NCBI GenBank assembly: GCA_023213395.1
Contig: CM041465.1
Location: 205,909,741 to 205,973,740, forward strand
Direction of reading: 5' to 3'
Length of the DNA: 64,000 nt
Origin: Cycas panzhihuaensis
Lineage: Eukaryota > Plantae > Cycadophyta
Positions 26,431-39,140 of this stretch are shown one piece after another. Every line of letters starts with the position of its first letter. Within the stretch, counting starts at the first letter, position 1. Under the pieces are notes generated by a model. The model made no database searches. It had not been told where the DNA came from and was given only the letters and a program-made list of their open reading frames with translations. The translations under genes were made by a program, and so were the position numbers.

Positions 26431-29400
26431 GGCAGTCTACCTCAAGACCCACATCGGAGGTAGAGGGAAGGTTAGGGTTAAAGGGGGTTAGGGTATCGAG
26501 AGGTGAATTAGGGTAAGGGTTTGGGTTAAAAGGGGGATTTGGGTTTGGGTCTAGGATTTCTATGTTATTATTAGCACTTGATAATCAAAAGATTTAGATT
26601 TAATATCAATGTCCTCAGTTACATACCGAGAAAGTAGGTTACACCTATAGGATGAGGGATTGATTTCATATACATCTTGCAACTAATAATCCACGAATTT
26701 TGTCCCGCTTTCATCATCGATGAGTTGTAAATTTCTCTGAAATGTGTGGGTTCCTCTCTTGAGGCTTTATCAACTTAGTTGGTTCTTCAATAGTTCGATA
26801 CAAGTTTCCTTCATCAAAAGAGGATGTCGTTTCCTCACTTGCAATAGTTGTGCTAGGTGCGTCATCTAGTATTATCTCAATAGATTCTTTCCCCAACATC
26901 TGGAGGACCACTTCACTTCCACCATCTGATAATGTAAAGGTCACATCTCTCCAATTCTAGAGACACTGAGTTTTATACAACCATGGATGACCCAACAAGG
27001 CTGGATCAGGTTTTGTACCTTTTTCCGTCTCCACGATTGTAAAATTGATTCATACTGTGATTTCTACCACATCCACCTTGATGTTGGCTAGTTTTCTGAC
27101 TGGTCTTACCGATAATTCATTTGCCAATTTCAATGAATAATTTGCCACTTCCAACTTAGGGCTTCTCGAATTCTGCCATGTCGAGGTTGGTAAAACGTTC
27201 ACAACGGCTCCTCCATCTACAATTACCCTCGAAATTTTTCTCCCAGTACTATGATTGCAGCCATTGGATCCAAGTCGAAGGATGGCATCAATTTTTTTAA
27301 ACTCTTAGTGACTTCTCGTTGCTGTAATATCCCTACTTTGATCCAATCTATGACTTGGTATAAAGGGATTGTTAACTGTAACTATTTCACTAGATTTTTC
27401 ATTAGCAACAACATTTGTGGGATGTCTTCCATTGGTAATCCTCTTAACTCCTCCATTTGCACCAATTGAGGTTGTGTCTTCTGTTCCTCAGGTATTTTCT
27501 CTTTTTGTTTGTTTTTTCTCACATATACATGTTTTGTTTTTGGTTTGCCCATTGGTAGCATTGTCTCAGATTGGGTTAATTCCTCCAATACTTGTTTTGC
27601 TTGTTTAAATTGATCTATTTCAATTTTTGGGTTTGGGTATTTTTCATCCATTCTCCCTTTCTGCTTATTCTAGAGTTTTATGTTTTTACTATTTTCTAGG
27701 ATAATAGTCATTAAATTGGTTGCTTTTGCCTTCCCTTTACAATCCTCCGTTCTGTGCTCACTTGGTCCACAGTTGTTGCATACAAACAATTTATGTTCAT
27801 ATTCTTGTTTGGTTGGGCAATCTGATTTCCAATGCCTGAATTGTAGACAAATCAAACATCTCCCCATTTGTTGTTTTTTCTTTGAGAATTCTTGTGTACT
27901 TCTTGTTGTTTATACATTTTGAGGTGGGTTGCTCCCTCTTTCCTGACCTCGTCCTCTATAAGCTCTTCCCCTAGAGCTATAGAAACAGCCTCTTGTATTA
28001 TGACTATCCATGTCACATATATGACACCATCTATCCTTTTGGTGCATTGCACTATTTTTTGGATTGGCTTCGCATTCCTTAGTTGTATGTGAACTTTCCT
28101 CGCAAATATGGCACCAATTCTCGATTTTAAATTCCTAGTCCTTCTTTTTATTCACTCCTTCCTCTTCTTTGTTATTTCTTATTGTAAGTCTTGCTACCTC
28201 TTTTCTTAGAGTTCCAATTTCTGACTCTTCTTTTGAGATTCCCATTTGGACAAAGGGTCAATTATGTTGGTTTTGTTTTATTTCTCTTATCTCTTCTTGT
28301 AATCTTAGTAATAGGGGATCATGCCCTTCGGCTTGGGCATCCATCTCCGCTTCAAAGTCCAACGATAAATCTTCAGCATTTTTGAATGATTTTAACGGAT
28401 GCGTATGCATCATAGACCTCAATTTTTCATTTAATTCTCTGACGAAATAGTTCTTCATATTGTGGTCTGTAACTGTCTCGTTAATCATGTTGGCAACAAT
28501 GATTTTCATATGACTGATGTAAGTTAACACTGATTCGCCAAGCCTCTGCTTTATTTCTCTCAGGGCAATCTCCACAGCTTCATTACTTTAAAAATTTTGA
28601 AATCTTTCCTTAAAGGATTTCTTTATATTCTCCCAGGTTTTGTTTTATCCAACTCTTTGTACCATGCCAACGATACTACCCTTAGTGTGCAGGCAAATCT
28701 CGCCTTTATTTTATCTTCGTCTGTGATTTTATTCACATTGATCAAATTTTGGAATAAATACACGTGCTCTGCTACATTTGAGGTGTCGTTGAAGATGAGT
28801 TTATCGAAATATCTGAAATTGTCCATTCTTGGTGACTGTACTGGTGTCCCACCCAGTGGTGATCCTTCTCTTTTTGCCTCCTCAATGAATTCTACTTCTT
28901 TTTCTCCACCCTTCACTTTAGGTGGTGTATGTGGGGTGCTTGGTGTAGCACTATCTCTTCCAAATAGAGGATTCTTGAATGGCGTTTTTAGATGCACTGG
29001 CTTCGGTACTCTTGGCACTTGTATCGTCAATAGTGTGACCACTAAATATGACTACTCAGACCCCCTGTCCAGTGAATCCTCAAATAGTTGCCTTGTTAGT
29101 TTATTCTCTCAATATGCCGAGGGACCTTCCTCTACCTTCTTCTCGTTATCACTTAGGTCCTTCAGGGTATCATCCACAGGTGTATTTTCCTTCTTCCCTA
29201 GGGTGTCGTTTTGTTCCACATTTCTTCTTGTTTTTTCCTCCTTTTCGGGCTTAAAAGGTCATATTTGATTGGAGCAGGCGTTAGTACCATTTGCTCGCCA
29301 TTATTTTCCTCTCCTTGTTCTTGAGGTGTCTGGGCTCCACTTGCCTTAGATTCTTCAACGGAGTGTCCCTTAATCTTGTTATTATGTAAACTCAATCTTC

Positions 29401-29648
29401 TTGCCCTTCTTAATTTTGACTCCTTTGACCATCGTAATACCCTTTGTCTGCTTGTTTCTTTCCCCTTAGGTGAAGTACCCTTTTGTGGCTCTCCTGCCCT
29501 TAAAGGCCTCTTGGTTGGCATTGGAAGGTCCCCTAGTTGTTGGAGGCTTAGCTACAGTCCGCCATCACGATGATAGCCAGGGTCCTTTGTCCTTTGAACA
29601 TTCTCCCCTTGTGAAACTCTTGGCCCTGGTCCCTCCTCAGTGGACGTA

Positions 29649-29661
29649 GGCAACAGAACCA
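29649..29661 (-). promoter_or_regulatory. Primer-binding site, probably tRNA-Glu
   Basis: Plus strand reads GGCAACAGAACCA; the recalled plant tRNA-Glu 3' end is GGCAACGGAA-CCA (1 mismatch). Confidence 0.7.
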
Positions 29662-30611
29662 ATGTTGATTTTAAGGTTCACTACAATTGTGAAACTTGCA
29701 CTCGTCAAGGAATCACTGGTAGTCTAGTTTAGGATATAGTCAACATGCTTCATACACCAAAGTTATCGCAAACTTACTCATAATTCCACATAATGTCATC
29801 ACAGATTACACACAGTAGTACAATGATCAACAAGTATCCATCATATAAGCATCATAGTACATATAGAACACAGATTTCCACGTAACTCTTCTCTTTATTA
29901 AGCAATAGGTCTCATACAATTAATTGTGGAATGTATCCCTTATACATTCCAGCCATATACACAGAATTCTGTCACATACATTCCAAAAGGGAATGCATCA
30001 CAAAATGCATCATTTGTAACTCTGATCTGTATCATTGATTTTGCTTGCTAGCTACCGTACCACCATGTGAAATGAATGCTCGACTCTCACTCTTGAGAGT
30101 ATACCATAGGATTGAATTACTCGGCTCTCACCCTTGAGAATATGCCATGGAATGAATAACTCAGCTCTCACCACTGGAATGATCCTCAAAGCATCATTAA
30201 ATATGTCCCTTTGATGCCTTTTGGGTGAAAGGTTATGACCCAAAGTCATAACCATACCTTTTTGTCACCAAGGCACCCTTTCACTTTAACACATTGTTAA
30301 GTCTCCTTAATGGTGTCTTTTTCTGCCGTACGTCCGTATGTACGTCCTTCTAGGCTGATGTCATCATTTCTGGGTGACTTTGGGTTAGCTTTGTCCATAT
30401 GTACTTTGTTGTCTGCTAGCGTACCAAAAATGGTATTCACCCTGTGTTGCGTACCAAAAAATGTACGTATCTGTCATATGTACCCAGATTGCATGTTTTC
30501 CACCTTTTCCATTGTGCGTACCTCTGTATGGTCCATACCTGCATTCCTTTGGTCAATACAAGCTTGTATTCCATCTTCCTTATAGTCTACGTGCCAAAAT
30601 ATACCCCAACA

Positions 30612-33338
30612 GATATGCTATTGGTCTTCCCCCTTGCTTCAACACTGCTCCCATGGCATAGCCTGAAGCATCAGCCTCCAACTCAAACGGTTTTTGCAAT
30701 GAGGGTAAGGCTAACATCGGCGCTTCATAAATTTTTTGCTTTAGAAGCCTGAAAGCTTTCTCTTTTTTCATTCCCCCCAATAGAACTTTGCATTCTCTCC
30801 TGTGAATGCATGAAGAGGTGCTGCAATTTGAGAGAATTTGAAAATAAATTTTCTTAAATATTGATGAGCACCAATGAAACTTCTTACCTCTATGGTTCTC
30901 TTGGGTGTAGGCCAATTGAGAATGACTCTAATCTTTGCTAGGTTAATCTTCAATTCTCCTCCAATTACAAATCCCAAGAAAATGAGAGATTGCTTCCCAA
31001 ACTCGCACTTCTTTAGGTTAAGTTTTAGCTGCTGCTCTTGAAGAACTTTGAACACTTGCTCAACATGTTGGAGGTGCTCCTCCCAAGTTTGACTGAAAAT
31101 CAGAATATCATCCAGATAAACAATAACAAAATCATCAATGAAGGGTCTCAATACCTCATTCATCAACCTCATGAAGGTGGTAGGTGTGTTGCACAAGCCA
31201 AAAGGCATCACCATCCATTCCAATAGCCCTTGATTCAATTTGAACGCTGTCTTCCAAGTGTTCTCCTTCCGGATTCGAATGTGATGTTAGCCTGATTTCA
31301 TGTCTAACTTGCTGAAATATCTTGTGGACTGCAATTGGTCCAACAAATCATCTATCTGTGGTAGGGGATGTCAATTCTTTATGGTAATCTTGTTCAAATC
31401 CCAGTCAATGCACATTCTCCAACCTCCATCTTTCTTTGGCACCAAAACAATAGGTGAATTGCAAGGGGAACAACTCGGATTGATCATTTCTTGCTCCAAG
31501 AGTTCTTGAATTTGGTTCTTAATCTCTTCATTCTCCAAAACAGAGTTCCGATAGAGACTAAGATTGGGCAAAGGTGAATCAACAACCAATTGGATTTCAT
31601 GTTCAATTTCCCTCTTAGGGGGTAGCCCTTTTGGCTCCTGGAATACGCCATTATACCTATTCCTTAGGCCTTTACTTGCTGCAATTATTTCCTATCTAGT
31701 GCCTACGTTGAGGGCTTTGCTTGCTCCTTTTCTTCCACATTTTGCTTCACCATCATCAGCACAAATTTCCCACAAGCATTAATCAATCTTTTTTCTTGTT
31801 GGGAGGATATGAGGGAGATCTTCTTTTGTGGTTTTGATGCATTGATCAAATATGATTTCCTATCCTTGATGAATTGAATCTTTCTTAGCCTCCTATGATG
31901 GATTCCATCTCTATCATAGAGATATGGGCTGCCAAACACAACTTGAAAAATGTCCAAAGGAACCACTTTACATTCAACTTTATCAATGAATATTTCTGAA
32001 ATTGCAAATTTGAACTTACATTGGTGAGTAACCTGTTGTTCTAAATCTTCTTGCAACCATTCAAGAGGATATGGTTTTGGATGTGCATGCATTTTTAATC
32101 CCAGCTTTTTCACTAATGCCTCTGAGATTAAATTCTTTTGGCTTCCTCCATCAAAAATGACATCAACCATACTTTGTTTCCCTTGAATTCTCACCATGAA
32201 GAGCTCCTTTGTAATCTCTGGATCAACCTATTGATGGTTGTTTTTAGGTTCAACATTAGCCATGTGCATCAACTTCTCATGGGCTTCTTTGGTGCCACAA
32301 ATGTCTTCAACTCCAACAGAATTAAGTAAAGCTTTACCTTTTTCTTTAGCTTTACCCTTGTTCTTGGGCTGCTTCTCCAGATGTAAAAACCAACAATCTT
32401 CTATGCTGTGTCCTACCCGCTTGCAATGCGTGCAAGAGGCTTTGATTTGAGTGGTATTGGCTTATTTCTTTTTGCCAAAACCCCCAATTGATTGCTGTCC
32501 TACTTTTCTTGGAAACTTCTTTCCTTGGGTTGGTTTGTTGCTACCGTCTTGAGGTGCAAACCTTTTCCTTTCTACGTAAATCTTCTTGTTCCTCTTCTCT
32601 ATGGCAATCGCTTTCTTGCTGGCTTCATTAAGCATTGTCACTTCAAACAATTGAAGTTCTTGTTGAATGTGTTGGTGTAATCCTCCAATATATTTCAGCA
32701 TTATGTCTTTGCCCAGTAAAGAGATGCCCAAGACAACAACTTGCTTCTGAAATTCTGTTGTGTAATCTTGGATATTTTGGCCTCTTTCTTGTCTATAATA
32801 CTGCCATCTTATCCTCAGCTGCGCTTCATACCCAATGGGGTAAAATTGCTTCTTAATGAGAGTTTTGAATTGCTACCATGTGATTTTAGCCATATTATGG
32901 GATTTTGAGATATGCATTCCACTAAACCAATGCATGTTTGGATAGTTTTAACCAAGCAAAGGTGATTCTCTGCTGGTTCTTATACCCATAAATTGAGAAG
33001 TATGTCTCCAATTGGTCCAACCAATTATCTAACTTTTCAGCATCTAGGGTTCCATTATAGATGGGCAATTCAAGTTTTGCCTCTACCTTGAATGGATGTG
33101 CTGTCAAAGGACTGTCATCTCCTTCTTCCTCATCTTGTTGGTCATCTGCAGGTCCCTCTTGGGTACCTTCACTTGTCTCTCCTTTTATTGGTTCATCTTC
33201 TTCCTTCTTCTTGCCTTTGACTGTTGAAGAGGATGTGACCTGTTGGGAAATAAGCTGCGCCACAAGTTGAGTTAACCTATCGAGATTTTGTTCTATCCTT
33301 AAGAACCTTTTCTCCATCTCTTGATCTAGTTTAGCCAT
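30612..33338 (-). pseudogene. Gypsy gag-PR-RT-RNaseH (5' part), degenerate
   Basis: ORFs 32922-33338, 32462-32731, 31703-32197, 31371-31589, 30768-31238 and 30580-30915. Confidence 0.92.
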
Positions 33339-35959
33339 TTTCCTTCGCTATCTATGCACTTTCTCAAGAGGTTCAGTCAAAGGTTCACCAGTTAATTGCT
33401 ATTGAAACCTAGTTTTCATATACTCTTTCACACGACAAAAATAATGAGGTTTTTCTCTTTTTTTTTTCCTTTTTTTCGAAAATCCCTAAACTCCCAAGGG
33501 TTTTAAAAACTATGCTCTGATACCAAAAATATTGACCTGAATTTGAATGGGAAAGTGAAAACTTATTCCAATTGAAACAACTTCAGATTCAACATACAAT
33601 AAAATACATTACATTTGGAAATATTTCAGTTTTTCTTACAGGATTCTGTTTTATAGTGCTCTGTTGAGCACTTTCTTCGTTGCGACAATAATCTGGGATT
33701 GGATAAATGAATGCTGGGCACAATATTGGCTACTGCGTACTCTTTGGTACATTTTCTAGAGACGCTGGTGTGAGGTTTTGCCATCCGTTCAGTCGCAAAA
33801 CCATTTCTGGGATATCTTCTGACTTGGGCATCTTTCCAAGATTGCTCTGACTGTCTTCTTCTTTCCCTGGCTGCATCTGAACCTTCTTGGAGTCCTCTTG
33901 TGTCTCACGAACAGATCTGGGCACTTCTTCTCTGCTCTTTCCTATTCGTTCCACTTTCGTGCCTTTATTTTTGTCTGTTCACCGCGCAGTCTAGTTTTCG
34001 AAACAATTTTGTGTTTGGGTTGCTATTCTGAGTTATTTTCCAAATTTCTTCATTTCTCTTGCTATGTTTGAGATTGTTGGGTGCTTCTCCTTGTCTCCCA
34101 GACAGATCTGGGCAGTTTTTTTGGCTTTCCCAAAGTTTGTTCAAATTCTAAAATCCGTTTTTCCATTTTTTCCTTTCCGTTTTCTAGCCCTATTTTTGAT
34201 CAGTTAAAAACTGACTAAAATCAGTTAAAACTCTCGTTTTCTTTCTTTTATTAGCTAGAGGACACTTGTACAGATCTTCCCCTAAAATTTCGTGCCAATT
34301 AGAGCATGTTTTCTTTGCCCAGTCGCATTTTCTGTGAAGGCTGTCGTTTTATCTGGTCGGACCTGAGACAAGCCTGGTTGCACCCTGCCAAAACTTGGTC
34401 ATACCTAAATGCATTTTTCTTGCATTTTAGGAGCCCGAATTGCATTTTTCCGCCTACTAAAGGTTGGACATATGAAAACAAATTCCATCCAAATAGATTT
34501 ATACTCTTTTTGAAGAGTATTTAAGATTTTAATGGATCCGAAATTGGATCAATGAAGGCAATCGAGAATAAGATAACTAAGGAGGTCTAGTTAGATAAGA
34601 AATTGACAATTTGCTATCTGAGAGTTTTTGGGTGCACTGCATATATGCGTATTACAAAGGAAAAAACTTAATGCTAAGTGTCTCAAGTGTATCCTAGTTG
34701 GATATTTTGAAGAGATCAAAGCTTATCGGGTTCTTGAGTTGTAGACCACATAGGTGCATACAACTCGAGATGTCATCTTGGAAGAAGGTGATAAGGGAAA
34801 ATTGGGTTTAATAAATGTCAGACAACAAAATGAAGAGCAACTCTGATGGAGTTCCTTATGGGATATTGTTATACTTGATACAAAGGCTCTTGAATCTATA
34901 GCTAAAGCTAATGAGGACAATGCTAAAAATCTACCGTAGATGGAATCATTTTAGTTTTGGAACTCGGACCTTGAAGTTGCTTCTTCTCTCTTCCTCCTCC
35001 TCCTCCTCATCATCATCATCATTAATGATGTTGAGAAATTGTTACCATGAACAGAGGGCAAGCAAAAGTTCGACATGCAACTTACTGAAGGACTCGATTT
35101 TGCTCTTATGGCACAAGTATTTAGTGCTAGTGAGCTTTCCACTTTTGAGGGTGCATATAAGGAGCAAAAGTGAAATGCTACTATGGATGCTAAAATCCAG
35201 GTAGTGAAGTAGAACAATACTTGGGACTTGATGGAATTGCCAACAAGAAAGTAAGCAGTTGGCTACAAATGGGTTTATAGGACCAAATATAAGTCGAAGG
35301 GCTCAATTGACAAACATAAAGCGAAACTTGTAGCCAAAGGTTTCAAGCAGCTAGAAGGTATTGACTAGCAGGAAATGTTTGTTTTAGTGGCAAAGGCAAA
35401 CACTATCGAGATCATTTTGACCATGGTTGCTTTGCCCTAGATGGACATGAAGAGCACTTTTCTCAGTGGAGACATGACAAAGGAAGTGTATGTGTGCTGA
35501 TTCATTCATCGCATATAGAAATAGGCACAAAACGCAACGACAGGTTGCAACTATTCATTACAATGTAGAGACATGAGGATATGAGAAGCAAGAACCATCA
35601 TCATTACATTATGATGGGTTGCTCTGGTTTTCTCACAACCAGAGACAACTTGGAACAATACACATAGGAGTTGGAATTACACAACAGACATGGAATGTGG
35701 GTGACTACATTCCGTGTGACAACAGACAAAACGTTATATTCCAACAAAAAACCGATGATGATACCTCTACAATGTTGTATTTATATTTGCCTATAACTTT
35801 GAGTTAGTTGAAACCATTCTAATATACAAAATGGGTTGCAACTAATACAACTGTACACATCTCTCCCTTCACAAAACTTACGAGTGTTCTTACTTGTAAG
35901 CACCAAAATTTTAGAAAATGAGAACATAATTTAAAACAATACATGATAGATTAATTTTC

Positions 35960-37620
35960 TTTGTCCCTTCCAATCTTGTCCATTTTTGCATGAATCTACT
36001 ATGGATCAGGCCTATAGACAGTACATGGTAGATTTATACCTTACTTTTTGCAATGGTTGTAGAGGATAACCATGTTGCATAGTGCCTGCAATTGAGCCAT
36101 CGTCGGCTTCTCCCCTGAATGCAATTGTTCAATTTCCTCTTCCAACTCGCATTTCCTTGTCTCCACGGACAACAGGTCCTATCTTGAGGATTTGATAATA
36201 GACCATAAGTGATTAGCATATTCAGCATCTTCCCGAGTCTGCATTATCTAGGCTCCCAGTTTACGGATCACCTTCTCCAATCCTGGTGGAATCTATTCAT
36301 CAAATAGGGTGCCAAAAGCTGGTACCAAATGCTCCACACGGGAAGTATCTCCCACCCAATGCATGATAAGCTTGATCAAGAAGTCTAATTTTGCCTCATA
36401 GGCAGCTAATTAGTTTTCTGCTTTTTGAGTTCTTTACAAATCTGGTGGAGGCCTCTTATTTTGATCTTCTAACTCAGTCACCAGATGTCGAATAACTTTG
36501 AGGAATGAAATCTTCTAGTGTGCTACATTGTGTAGCTGACACTCCATTGGATCAATTCCTTCCTTCATTAGCTCTTCGTTGTTGAACCTGGGCTGGTTGA
36601 CTGTTCAAAATTTCCAGAAATTCTTTCTTTGCTTTTTTTGCGGCAACTCTTCTTTTTCTTCTTCTTTCTTCTTCAGTGTTAGGAATTTTTTCAAGTTGTT
36701 GGGTTGGTTGCTGCTCTTCTGCTTCCTTCTTGACCGTCAATATGCCTATTTTCTGTTTTCCTTTTTTGATTTTCTCCTTCTTCTTCTTCTCTTCTCTTGC
36801 TTTCTGTTCCTCTTCCTCTTTCTGCTTCTCGACCGACGAGGTTGCCTCTTCTCGCTATCATTTCCTCTCTTTCTCCTCTATTGGTGTTGTCTGAAGGTTG
36901 CTAGCTTAAGCCTTTTTCAAGAAAAAATTCTGAACTTTTTCCTGAAGCTCCCCTCGCCAAATTTCTCCCTTCTCCCTGAAAAGGTTGATCCATCCACTCA
37001 TTGCTGCTTGTTCTGGCTTTGCTTCTGATAACTCTATCTCCAGACATTGAGACTATAATAATCCCTGGAACAAACTTTGATGATAAAATACAGCCAACTA
37101 AGGTTTAGCCTTGATACTAGTCAATTTATCTGAAAATCTTCCTGTAAGAAATGTTGCCCAATTGAACTTGTCTCCCTTTGCTACCCGCAAGAGTGCTGAT
37201 CTCATTTCTGTAGGTACAAACAAATTCTTCTAGCTCAATATCACCCTAGTGAAGAGGAAATGAGCTACCCAACGCATCAAATTGCCCGCAATGCCAGCAA
37301 TGCGAATACTAGATGTGGAGACATTTGTAATTTGGGCACCCAACTGCTTTTCTGCCTACGCTTACAGAATCCTTTTGTCTCTAGGTACCTCTTCACTAGA
37401 GTCTGGTAACCTTGAGATTTTCGCAATGGCTTTTGTTGACATATCCAAGAGATCGGGTTGTTGAGCTACAAGTTGAATCATGTCCATCATAAAATTTTTT
37501 TGAATTGGAAATAACCCCATTTGCACAAACTTGGCAAATCCCGCTTTGTCAGTTTGATTTTTCCTTCATCCTCCTTAAGCATATCCCACCATGTATGCTT
37601 GATTCCCTCATTGTCTGCTT
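35960..37620 (-). pseudogene. Degenerate extra (env-like/accessory) ORF with charged coiled-coil region
   Basis: Hand translation of ~37040-37460 gives AIAKISRLP..RWVAHFLFTRVIL..ALLRVAKGDKFNWATFL, resembling Athila/SIRE accessory-ORF domains. An E/K/R-rich stretch follows (ORF 36552-36740). Confidence 0.55.
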
Positions 37621-38259
37621 CTTGCAAATTAATTTGAATCTTTCCGATGTCCTTTATCTTTTTCATTCACGATTTTTTTTTTCCCAAAAACTTCCTTGGT
37701 TTGTCTTTAACTTTGTTGCTATATTCCATTAAGCCATGCAAAACCATCATGACTTTAATTCATGGTTGCAATTACTCGATTGCAACTCTAGTGTACTTCC
37801 TTTCTATCCCTCCAATGCATGTCGGCCGACTGTCGCCACCTTCACACTTTGCGTTGTCTTTGTACGTGTGTCTATCTGTTGTCACCAATTTTTGCCACTC
37901 CATCGCCATCATCATTAATTAAATGTCCTTCAGCTTTTTCTTGATTTGATGTCACCGTCTTCCTTTGCAGGATTTCCCTTTTTTTTTTTATTCCTTCTGA
38001 CTGCCTATTGCTTCTTCCAATTGTTCCAGCTACACCTGGTTTTGCCACTCCTCACAATATGGAGTAATTTGCAATCTTCCATATCGCTTACTATGACTTT
38101 TCTGCTGTTTTTATTGTCCAAGTTGCATCCGTTCTGCTTTCCTGGTTATCATCTCGCTTGAATTGCAGCTGGTCGTATCTCCTTGTACTCGTTTCGCCTT
38201 TGATTTACGACTTTTCTGAATCTTGACCAATTACTCCAAGTTTGTGACTGATTTGGCTT

Positions 38260-39140
38260 CTTAGTTGCAACTCTTTTCATCCCGGTTATAGTCACTTCGT
38301 CCAAGTTGCAATTATTTTGTTCTGGGTTGCAACTGTTTATCCCAATTGTAACCTCTTTACATCTAGGTTACAATTACTTTATGTTCAAATTGTATCTAGG
38401 CTACAACTTTTTCCTTTCTGGTTTGCAATTCTTGCGTTCAGGTTGCAACTGGTTATCTGCAAGTTGTAACTTCTTGCGTCTCGGTTGCAACTTCTAGTGT
38501 CTCGGTTGCAACCGCTTGCGTCCAGGTTGCAACTTCTTGCATCCAGGTTGCTACCGTTTACATCTAGGTTGCAACTTCTTGTGTCCAGGTTACAACTTTC
38601 TGCGTTTTGGTTGCAACCACTTACGTCCAGGTTGCAACTTCTTGCATCCTAGTTGCAACCACTTATGTCCAGGTTGCAACCGCTTACGTCCAGGTTGCAA
38701 CCACTTGCATTTTGGTTGCAACCATTTACGTCCAGGTTGCAACCACTTGCATCCAGGTTGCAATTGCTTGCGTCTAGGTTGCTACCACTTGTGTCCATGT
38801 CCCGGTTACAACTGCTTGTGCCCAGGTTGCAACTTCTTGCGTCTAGGTTGCAACTTCTTACATCTTGGTTGCAACCACTTACGTCCAGGTTGCAATCGCT
38901 TGCATTCAGGTTGCAACTTCTTACGTCCAAGTAGCAACCACTTGCGTCCAGGTTGCAACCACTTGCGTCTAGGTTGCAACTTCTTGTGTCCAGATTGTAA
39001 ACGCTTGCATCCAGGTTGCAACCACTTGTATCTAGGTTGCAACTTCTTGCATCCAGGTTGCAACTTCTTACGTCCCAGTTGCAACTATTTGCGTTCAGAT
39101 TGCAACCACTTGCATCCTGGTTGCAACCACTTGCGTCCAT
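38260..39140. repeat. 21-bp tandem repeat array, consensus ~CCAGGTTGCAAC(CA/TT)CTTGC(G/A)T, about 40 units
   Basis: Directly visible periodicity; explains the heptapeptide-repeat ORFs in several frames. Confidence 0.95.

Larger units (their letters stand above)
23534..30611 (-). mobile_element. Non-autonomous Gypsy-derived element (gag + 2 zinc knuckles + protease + integrase C-terminal remnant; no RT/RNaseH/INT core)
   Basis: LTRs at 23534-24470 and 29663-30611, TSD GGTAT/GATAT. PBS TGGTTCTGTTGCC (minus, ~29649-29661). Gag 28258-29042, CCHC pair 27670-27867, PR (VIVDGGAVVNV..LLGHPWL ~26980-27240), FKKGDRV..KGPY..KLKPY ~24965-25160. Confidence 0.9.
20641..34551 (-). mobile_element. Ty3/Gypsy chromovirus-type (CRM-like) LTR retrotransposon inserted in the Copia 3 integrase
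   Basis: ~1.0-1.06 kb LTRs at 20641-21698 and 33533-34551, perfect TSD ATGAA, PBS tRNA-iMet at 33514-33525, PPT next to 21699. Gag (LPIYNGTLDAEKLDNW), PR (FDGGSQKNLIS..HPKPYPLEWL), RT (MPFGLCN..VYLDDIL), RNase H (ELEADASGYAMGAVL), INT (22157-23229), GPF motif. Confidence 0.95.

Noticed and set aside
26460-26560. Interstitial telomere-like TTAGGG/TTTGGG repeats
   Set aside because: Irregular, and read on the minus strand as a Pro/Asn-rich stretch continuing the element's decayed ORF across the solo LTR.
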